The notes below the pieces were generated by a model. It did no database searches. It was not told the DNA's origin and saw only the letters and a program-made list of their open reading frames with translations. Source: Histomonas meleagridis 2922-C6/04-290x (lineage: Eukaryota > Protista > Parabasalia). From it: a stretch of DNA of 64,000 bases. The position numbers and the translations under genes are program-made. This document shows, one piece after another, positions 36,701-46,500 of the stretch (position 1 is its first letter; the number at the start of each line of letters is the position of its first letter). Where the stretch lies: the NCBI GenBank assembly GCA_020184695.1, contig JAANOX010000253.1:1-64000 (forward strand). The letters are read 5' to 3'.

Positions 36701-37812
36701 TTATTAGGTTTAACTATTTCTAATAACTTATTAATACATAAAATATCTTTCGAATATTTAACTAATAAATTGGATAAGTTTTGATAACATTCTAAATTCA
36801 TTTCTTTTTGTGGTAAGATAAACTCTGAAATAGATATAATCGAATTAATTTTATCTAATTCTTCATTACTTAATGAACTTAAATAGATTAATATCTCAGA
36901 GCGAATTTCAGTGTTCGAATTTATATAAAGTTCATAGAAACTTTGCGTTATAATCGAATGAAATCCACATTTACGAAACATTATGGAATAACATTCAATT
37001 GATTGACGTCCTTTGTTAATTAGAAATCGATTTAATGTTAAAAAGCCACCTTCATCTAAAAAGTTATTAAAGATTTGTTGATCATATATATAATAACATG
37101 ATAAATAATTGGTTAAAAAGATCGAATTCTTTATATCTGTTTCTGTTTTTAATGATTCAACACATAATTCAATAGTTGACGTATTACTATGGATTGATTT
37201 ATAGAAATTGGGTGGAATTACACAGAAAAATAAATTAAGAAATAAGTCTTTGATCTTGTCATGTTCGGTTTCTATAAAAAATGATGAAAAAACAATTGAA
37301 AATCCATCGGTTTCTTCAAATGATTGGAAAAATGAAAAATCTCGAAATAATACTACCAGAAAATCAAAGGAAATTAATAACAAACTTGGTGTTGTTTTGG
37401 AGGCTTGTGCAATTTGGAAGAAAAATGTGTTATATTCATTTGCTGATGGTATTGAATTTAATAACTTGGATATTAAGACAAGAGATTTGAACATTTCGGA
37501 AAGAATATCAGGATCATTAAATAAAATTGTTCCATAATTTGCACAAATGGAATTATAATTTGTAAAAAGAGATTTAATATATTCACTTTGAGCAATTTCA
37601 GATGTGATAGATCCAAATGATTGATGGAATCCTTTGATTATTTTTTGGAAAATTGGGATTTTATCGGGGACATTTTCGATTGTTTGAAATAAGTTTAAAT
37701 TTTCGGAAAATATTTCAATTTTATCTTGAACTTCTGGAGGAAGTGCTTTTATGCCTTGTGGATCATTGGAATTTATCATATTTCGGAAGAAATTCCCAAT
37801 TCCCTTCAGCAT
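30709..37812 (-). CDS. BEACH-domain protein (PH-BEACH-WD40, C-terminal Cys-rich zinc finger)
   Basis: [50 protein letters not shown] and FGQCPIQLF are diagnostic BEACH motifs. The C-terminus has CxxC x4. Confidence 0.95.
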   Translation of the reverse strand: [2367 protein letters not shown]

Positions 37813-37892
37813 TGGAAAAAGTGGCTATGATAAAATTTGTCACTTTTATTCCGGCATGCCACTTTTTAGACAGCCTAGAGCTGGCTTTAAGA

Positions 37893-38486
37893 ATGAAGTC
37901 TTTAAAAATAATACTTGTTGGTGAAGCAGGTGTAGGGAAAACTTCTATTGTTCAAAGACTCACAGAAGACGTTTTTGATAATCAAAGTAATGCAACAGTT
38001 GGTTCAGCAAATACTATTTATACATTAAAAAGAGATAAAAAAGATGATATAACTTTGAAAATTTGGGATACTGCTGGACAAGAACGCTACAGAAGTTTAA
38101 TACCTATGTTTTTTAATGGGGCTGCAATTGCTTTTATTGTTTATGATATTACAAATGAAGATTCTTTTATACACTTAAAAGAATTCCACAAACTCATTGA
38201 AGAAAATGCCCCTGAAGAAATCAAATGTGTTTTAATAGGAAATAAAAATGATCTCGATTCAGAAAGGAAAATACCATATGAATCTGCAGTAAACTATGGA
38301 GATAGCATTGGCGCATCTTTTTACGTAGAATGCTCAGCAAAAAGTGGTGTTGGCATTAAGGAATTATTCCAGTCTGCCGTCGAAATTCCAAATGTTCAAT
38401 TTGAATGCGAACTCTCTAATTACGAAGAGAATGATGTTGAAGCAATAAATGAAAATGAAGGGAAAACGGATAAAAAATGTTGCTGA
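37893..38486 (+). CDS. Rab-family small GTPase
   Basis: GEAGVGKTS, WDTAGQERYRSL, NKND, ECSAK and C-terminal CC prenylation motif. The true start is MKSLK at 37893. Confidence 0.95.
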   Translation: MKSLKIILVGEAGVGKTSIVQRLTEDVFDNQSNATVGSANTIYTLKRDKKDDITLKIWDTAGQERYRSLIPMFFNGAAIAFIVYDITNEDSFIHLKEFHKLIEENAPEEIKCVLIGNKNDLDSERKIPYESAVNYGDSIGASFYVECSAKSGVGIKELFQSAVEIPNVQFECELSNYEENDVEAINENEGKTDKKCC

Positions 38487-38765
38487 ATCTATCTAATTTT
38501 AGTTAAAATATTTCATATGAAATAAATTGTTATTTTTTTACAAATGTACATTAATGAAGATATCCTCCTTTTAACTTTGTTATCATGCAATGCAGTTTTT
38601 GTAAATCCAATAAAAATTATTATAATTACTGAAAATATCATAAAATTTTTATAAAAAAACATGAGATTTATCACAAAAAATAAAATAAAAATGATTTTTA
38701 GCATAATATGGTTTAATTGTTCCTCTGACATTCTGTATGGAGGATTCTAATGGATTCCTATTCAT

Positions 38766-41700
38766 TTATTTTTTATGCTTTTTGGAATTCTGCTTTCTAA
38801 ATTGCTTATAATTCTTTAGTATATGAACAATATCTTTGTGTTGGTTTTCGGATGCTTGGTTTTGTGCTGACTTAAAAAATTATAGTAAATTCCAAATATA
38901 TTCTTTAAACTAAAAATTCTTAAAAAAAGCATTAAATAGCACAAAATAATGTTTTTTGTTTTAACCTTTATTCCTTCTTGCAAAAGAAGTAATTTGACGA
39001 CTTCAATATGACCATTTTTAGATGCCAAAATAAGTGCTGTATTAAATTATTTAAATATTTTCCATGTATTAATATGAATAATTAAAAATTTAATTCAAAA
39101 TTTAAAAAATTTAAATAAAGATCAACGGCATTGATATCAATTCCTTCTTGTTCAAGAAGTAATTTAACTATTTCTGTATGACCATAATCAGATGCAAAAA
39201 TTAATGGTGTATAAAATAACTTGAATTAATTCCAAATATTATTGTAAAATTCTAAAATAATAAAGTAAATATTTAATAAAATTTACAAACATCTCTTGCA
39301 TTCACATCAATTCCTTTTTGTTTAAGAAGTAATTTGATTATTTCAATTGGACCATTATTTGATGCAATCATAAGTGCAGTATTAAAAAAATTAAAGAATT
39401 TCCAAATAGGGGGTGGAAAAAGTCTGCGCAGAGCTTTTATGTAATGAAGTTATTTAATAAGAAATTGAAATATATTATTAAATAGTACATGTTCTAAATG
39501 AATTATTTTTAAAATAAAAACTAAGGCATTTTATTTTACTAGTTCAAAAAGAAATTCATACAAGAAAAGTGGATTGTCAGAAAAAACGTCAAACATTTTC
39601 AATGAATGAAACTCAGGTTGAGAGATCGGCGAGTTATCAACTTTGTTGAAGAAAGATGAGATAATTCTCATCATATACAGTGAGCTGCTTGATGTATACC
39701 AAAAATGATGCACCCGCTTAAGAACTATTCAAGATGAGACAAAAGTTACGAGAAGGAACATTACGATTTTGATCTTCCCAGAAGGGAAAGACCAGAAAAA
39801 ACCGATTTAGAGACAAAAATCAGAAATTTCTTAACATCAAACCCTTATGCAAGTACCAAAAAAATTGCTAAAATTACAAATGCTGATATAAAAACTGTGA
39901 AAAATATTTTAATAAACAAATTACAAATGAGGAAGGAAAATTTCAAATGGGTACCACATTTACTTACTGAAGAAATTAAGGCAAAAAGGGTCATATTGCA
40001 AAAGGAATTATTTGAATTTTTAACAACTGCAAACGAGCGAAAGATAAGGATGATTCTTACAAGATGAAACATGGGTACTTACTTTGTAAACCCTAGAAAT
40101 ACAATGTGGTTAGAATCGAGGGCAGCCTTGTCCGCAAAAAGTCAAACAAACATATTGGAGCGAGCAATGATATCTGTTATTTGGGGAATAACAGGTATTA
40201 AATCAATTACAATGCTTCCGCTCGATAGAAAATTTAATAGGGAGTTTTTGCGGAAGTTGTTCTTGAAGATTTAGCTCAAAAATCAAAACAAAAAGGATAC
40301 TTTTTACATTTAGATAATGCAAGACTCACATTTGGTTGCTCAAAATTCAAATGATTTAGGCATAAAAAGACTTGATCATCCTCCGCTACTCACCGGATCT
40401 AGCCCTTCGGACTCTCTCTTTGGGTATGTTAAAGAAAGTTACTAGAAGGATGTGAATTTCAGGATGAAAAATGAACTTTTTGGAAAAAGTGACTGAATTG
40501 CTAAGTACAATATACCGAAAAGATATATTTAAATCCGTGTATAATGAATGGATGAACCGACTTTTCATGGTAATTGAAAACCAAGGGGAGTACATTAATT
40601 AGCAATAATTAAAAATATTTACTTAATTATTTTGAATATTCTGCACGCAAAGACTTTTTCCACCCCCTATATAAGTTTGAAATTTCATATGAATGAAATA
40701 ATAATTAAATAAAATATATAAATATCTTTTGCATTGATTTCGATTCCTTCATGTTCAAGAAGTAGTTTAACTATTTCTATGTTATCTTTAAGAGATGCAT
40801 ACATAAGTGCTGTATAAAATAATTTCGATAAATTCCAAATATTATTTTAAAATCCAAAATTTTCAAAATAAATTTGAAATATAATATAGAAATATTTTTA
40901 GCATTGACATCGATTCCTTCATGTTCAAGAAGCAGTTTAAGTAATTCTATGTTCTCTTTACGTGTTGCGTACATAAGTGCTGTATAAAATAATTTCGATA
41001 AATTCCAAATATTATTTTAAAATCCAAAATTTTTAAAATAAAATTTAAGATTAATAAAAAAATATTTTTAGCATTACATCGATTCCATTTTGTTCAAGAA
41101 GTAATTTAGCTATTTCCGTTTTATCTTTGTAAGATGCATAAAGAAGCGCTGTGCAATTTGATTTAAATAATTTTTAAATATAATCTTAAAATATTCCAAA
41201 TTTATTTAAAAAAATATCAAATAAAACATAAGAATAATTTTAGCATTAATATCAATTCCTTCTTGTTCAAGTAGTAATTTTACTATTTCTGTGAAACCAC
41301 TTTCAGATGCCATAATAAGTGCTGTATTAAATAATTTATGTAATTTCCAAATATTATGTTGAAATATGAAATGATTAAAATAAATTTCGAATAAAACATA
41401 TAAATATCTTTAACATTAATATCAATTCCTTCTTGTTTAAGAAGTAATTCAAAAGTTTTTATATTACCTTTTAATAATGTTCGCATAAGTGCTGTTTCAA
41501 ATAATTTAAATAATTTCCAAATAATATTTTGAAATTTCAAATTATTAAATTATATATTAAATAAAACATGTAAACATCTTTAGCATTAATATCAATTTCT
41601 TTTTGTTCAAGAAGTAGTTTTACTATATCTATGTGACCATTATAAGATGCCCAAATTAGTGGTGTAAAAAGAATTTTAAATAATTTCCATATTTTATTGG

Positions 41701-42088
41701 AAAACTAGGAAATATTTAAATATAAATCAAATAAGACAAATAAATATTTTTATAATTAACATTAACTACATCATGTTCAAGAAGATACTTAACCACTTCA
41801 ATAAAACCTCTCCCAGCTGCAAAGTTAAGTGCTGTATCAAATATTTTAGCAAATTTCCAAATGTTATTTAGAGATAAAGAATTATTAAAATAAATATCAA
41901 ATAAAAAATATGATCACTTTTAGTATTGATATCGACTCCTTTTTCTTCAATAAGGAATTTAACTATTTCTATGTTATTATTTGCTGATGCATAAGATAAT
42001 GCTGAGAAAAATATTTTAAATAATTTCCAAATGTTATTTTGAAATATAAAATTATCAGAATAAATATTAAATAAAATATATTAATATC
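38766..42088 (-). repeat. Tandem array C: ankyrin block + spacer, 12 spacers
   Basis: 83-nt spacers at 42006-42088, 41836-41918, 41666-41748, 41496-41578, 41326-41408, 40984-41066, 40814-40896, 39211-39293, 39041-39123 and 38871-38953. One is 86 nt (41153-41238) and 39381-40726 is split by a mariner. Confidence 0.88.
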
Positions 42089-43252
42089 TTTAGCATTAAT
42101 ATCAATTTTTTCTTGATCAATAATATATTTACAAAATTCAACATTTCCTATTCCCATACATTGTATTAAAGATTCATTAGATATATAATCTAATTCAAAA
42201 AATTGTTTAAAAAGAAATATATTGTTATTAAATACAGTTTCACGAATGATCTTATCATCAATTTTCATTCCTTTTTCTTCTAAAAATGAAAAAAGTTCAT
42301 AATTACTATATCCAATACAACATTCACCTAATTCATTTATATTTTCAATTTTGATGGGTTTTTCATCATAAAGATAATGAAAGAATTCATTCTTATGATA
42401 TTTAATTGCTATTTCATAAACTTCATCATTTAATGAACATTTTTGTTTCCAAAGATTAAAGATTTCAACATTTCCACATGCAGCTATATATTTACCTGTG
42501 TTATTTACATTAGCATTATTAGTTAACAAAAATTTAAAACATTTTATAGATCCGAAATATGCTGCATAATCAATTAATGTAACATTTTCTTTGTTGACAA
42601 ATGAACATCTTTCATAAAGTGATGGTTCAATTGTTTGATTAAAATCAAAATTACTTTGTGATGATTTTTCTTGAAGTTTTTCGATATCATCATTTCGAAT
42701 TATTTTCGCAATTTCATTTGGATTAACTCCTTCTTTAATTAATTTCTTATGAAGTTCCCAATCATTCTTTGATAACTCTTCATAATTTATTTTGAAATAT
42801 GTTGTTAAAGAATCAGAATTTGATTTCAATTCTTCGATTTCATCTTCATTCATATAATGTGCAAAAAATAATGATTTTGCTTTCTTAACATTTTCGAAGT
42901 TAATAAGTTTTTGTTCAATCATCATATCTAAAATGTAAAATGATTCTTGTGTATTTAATCTTAGAAGATGTTGAGTAAAAACATGAATTACATTTGATTT
43001 TAAATCTTTATTTTCTTCCTTTAATTCAATTTCTTTTAAAAAATTTAAATAAAGGTTGGCATTTTTGCTTTGTGCAATAAAAGATGAATAAATTAATTTG
43101 CTAAGAATCATGTTAAATGAATATTGGAAATTAGGATCTAATAAATTTATTGTAGGTTGAACTGATTCGCTTATGCTATCATCTTTTAAGTCGAAAATTG
43201 TTTTCTCGATTAATAGTGATTTTTGTAGACCATCTTTTATGGGTGCTTGCAT
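38766..43252 (-). CDS. DUF3447-type ankyrin-repeat protein, paralog C; first ORF 41969-43252, then 12 blocks; mariner insertion in spacer 9 and a 1-nt deletion near 41075
   Basis: Same N-terminal domain. The ankyrin blocks are stop-free and the terminal block SAQNQASENQHKDIVHILKNY...KK* ends at 38766. Confidence 0.65.
39409..40667 (+). mobile_element. Tc1/mariner DNA transposon (1259 bp, decayed transposase) with 17-bp TIRs and TA target duplication
   Basis: TA|GGGGGTGGAAAAAGTCT ... AGACTTTTTCCACCCCC|TA. Transposase motifs WVPHLL, DETW, HLDNAR and YSPDLA occur in broken frames. Confidence 0.93.
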
Positions 43253-43534
43253 TTAGCGGCCACTAAAAAACCGAAATTTCTTATCATAGAAAATTGAATA
43301 ACTTTCATTTTTTTGTGTGAAGAGTTCTCAAAATTCTAAATTTATAGCAAAAAAATAAAAAACTGTTTGAGGGAACGATAACTTTTTGTTCTTAAAGGAG
43401 AAAAACTTTATCTTTTGAATTTTTAAAGAAAAATTACATCGAACCCTTTTATTACATATTCACACCAACTCATGTTAGGAAAAAACCCAGTTCAATTTCC
43501 TCTCAGTGAGAAAAAAAAATGATAAATTTTTTTT

Positions 43535-46500
43535 TTACTTTCTCTTTAAAATTACATCATTTATAAACTTGAAGTTCTGAACAAATGAATAAATCATAAT
43601 ATGTTTTTCTGGTTCTTGCTTTATAAATTTTTCTAGTTCTTCTTCAATTTCATTTTTGTGTTCATTTACGAAATCATTAATTAACGAAATATTTGGTTTA
43701 TCCATTTTTTCGAATTTAATTTCTCTTTGTAAAATATGCAAAAACACATTTATCAAATTTATAATCATTTTATTTTCTTCATCCATTTCATTAATTTTAA
43801 TTAATATTTGCGAAAACATAGTTTTCATGAATTGAATTTGTTTCACTTGATTTGTTATTCTTAAAACCTCAAAAATTGATGAAGATAAAAACGAAACAAA
43901 TATCGAAAAAACGATTTTTCGATCACCAATTGCAAACATCGCCATTATTACAATAACTCTAATGATATACATTGATTCTTTAGGTAGTTTCATTATTGCC
44001 TTTAATATTATATTTAAGAAACGCGAAGGTTTAACAACTTTTTTCTCATCAATTGTATTAATTATATTTTGAATCCATTTAAATGAAAATGCTATAAACA
44101 AAACAATTAATTGTTTTGAATAATTATTTTGCTTTTGGAATAATAATATTGGTGTTGTAGTCGATAAAGAAGATAAGAATAATGCTCTTATTAAATAATG
44201 ATGAGATTTCTTCTCAATGAAAACTCTAAAAAGTTGTTTTATTAAAGAAATCGGAAATGTTGAAGAATTTAAAAGAATTTGTTCTAAATATAATGATGGA
44301 GAAAGAAGGGAATCTTCAAATGTTCCTGACTCAGAAAGTAAAGAAATGATCGAAAGATCCGAAATTTTTTCTTTATTATTAATTAAACGTAACCAAATTT
44401 TTTCATGTTTTGATTCCAATTCATATAAAAGTTCTCCTTTTTTACTATATATTACAAATCCTTTGAATGATTTCTTTGCTATTATTTTGTCTAAAGGATA
44501 AATCCCAAGTTTAGATTTAAAGAAATTATCTTTCGTTATTACAAATTTAGTTTTCATTGATTTATCTTTAACTTTTAATACTTCAGAAAAGAAAATTTTA
44601 TTATTTAATGAATGAATTTTAGGCTTTAAATCTTCAGTAATAAATTGGAGTGAAAATTTGATTAAATCAGAATAATTTGTTGGAATTGGTAAATTAGGAT
44701 TAGGTCGAATAGGAAATGGAGAAGATTGATAAAAAGCACGATAATCAATTATTGGCTCATCATTAATAATTTGGTTCAAACTTAAATCACTAATATCAAA
44801 TGATAAACTATGCATTAATGCTTCCGATTCATCTGATGCAACTGAAAGTTGTTGAAGTGGATCACGAATAAAGTCGCGAAGATGTTTTCGATTACTTTTA
44901 GGAATATTATTTTGTTGCTTAAAGGTAACAACAAGTGATGGCGATTTACGTTCTTTTGTTGAAAGTTGGGATGAAGTAGATCGATGTGAATGATGATGAA
45001 CTTCAACTTTATCATTTTCTTGTTTGTTAGATGGAATAATTTTATATACATCTTGATATGTATCAAAGTTCAATATGTCTTGGAATGAAGTTGATTGTAA
45101 ATAATCTTTATATTGATAATTACTGATTAGAGGTGTTTCATAACTTGTAAATAATGTTGGAATATCATTGAAAAGACCTTCTTCTTCTATTTGTTGTTCT
45201 TTATCTTTAATAGTTTCTTCTGTAATTTGCTGATCTTCAATGTTCGTCTCAATAATTTCTTCGACTTGAATTTGCTGTTCTGCAGTTACTTTATTAACAA
45301 TATTAATTTCTTTAACTTCTTCTTGAAAATGTTCTGATATAATTTGTTCTTCTTCTTCGTATTCATAATATTCCTCTTCTGATGGAATTGATGGAAGAGA
45401 ATTAATTTGAAGTGTACTGTGAAATTCTTCAAATATCATAGTATCTTGATAATTACATTCAAATTCAGTTGTATCATTAAATTGGTTTGTATCATATTTA
45501 GAATATTGCGTTGAATTTGTTTCGGTTTGTGTATCATTTGTTTGTAATTTTGATTTAAATTCATCAAATGTCATTTTATCTTGGAATTTGCCATATAAAT
45601 TATCAATTTCATTTGTTGACTTCGATATAAATTCATCAAACACAACTTTATCTTGGAACTCATTATTATTTAATTTATTTTCAGTTTCATTTACTGATTT
45701 TGATATAAATTCATTAAATATAACTTTATCTTGGAATTTATCATTAATTAAATCACTATCAGTTTCATTCGTTGATATTGATACAAATTCTTCAAATAAC
45801 ATTTTATCTTGGAATTCATTATCTAGTGTACTATATGATTTATTCGTTGACTTTAATTTAAATTCATCAAATGTCATTTTATCTTGGAATGTATTATCGA
45901 AAATATCAATTTCATTTGTTGACTTCAAATTAAATTCATCAAATATTACTTTGTTCTGGAATTCAGTTTCAGCTAATTTATTTTCAGTTTCATTTACTGA
46001 TTTTAATACAAATTCATTAAATATAATTTTATCTTGGAATTTATCATTAATTAAATCAGTTTCATTTGTTGATTTTATGAATTCATCAAATAACATTTTG
46101 TCTTTGAATTTATTTTCAATTATATTATCAGCTTTATTTATTGATATTAATTTAAATTCATCAAATATCATTTTATCATGGAATTCGTTTTTAGTTGAAT
46201 TAACATTAAATTCATTAAAAGATTTTGAATCATATTTAATTTGTGGGATTTTGAATTCAGAAATATTACCTTTCATTGGTAAATCAAATGCTGATAAGCA
46301 TTGATATGATTGAGGAGTCATAAACTTAAATTCGGTTTCATTTTCAATCAACGAATCTTTAATTAATAGTTCAACGCCGTATATTAAAGATTTTTGATCT
46401 GAATTATTTACATGTAAATGTTTAGAAACAAATTCATCAAAATTCATTTTATCTTGAAAGACATCTTTTGACTTTGATAATTCGTCTTTATAATTTGTTA

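Noticed and set aside
45588-46304. 238-aa antisense ORF in the large repeat protein, and similar shadow ORFs in the BspA, BEACH and 50136-52967 genes
   Set aside because: These are reverse-strand or alternative-frame shadows of repetitive coding DNA with no independent motifs.
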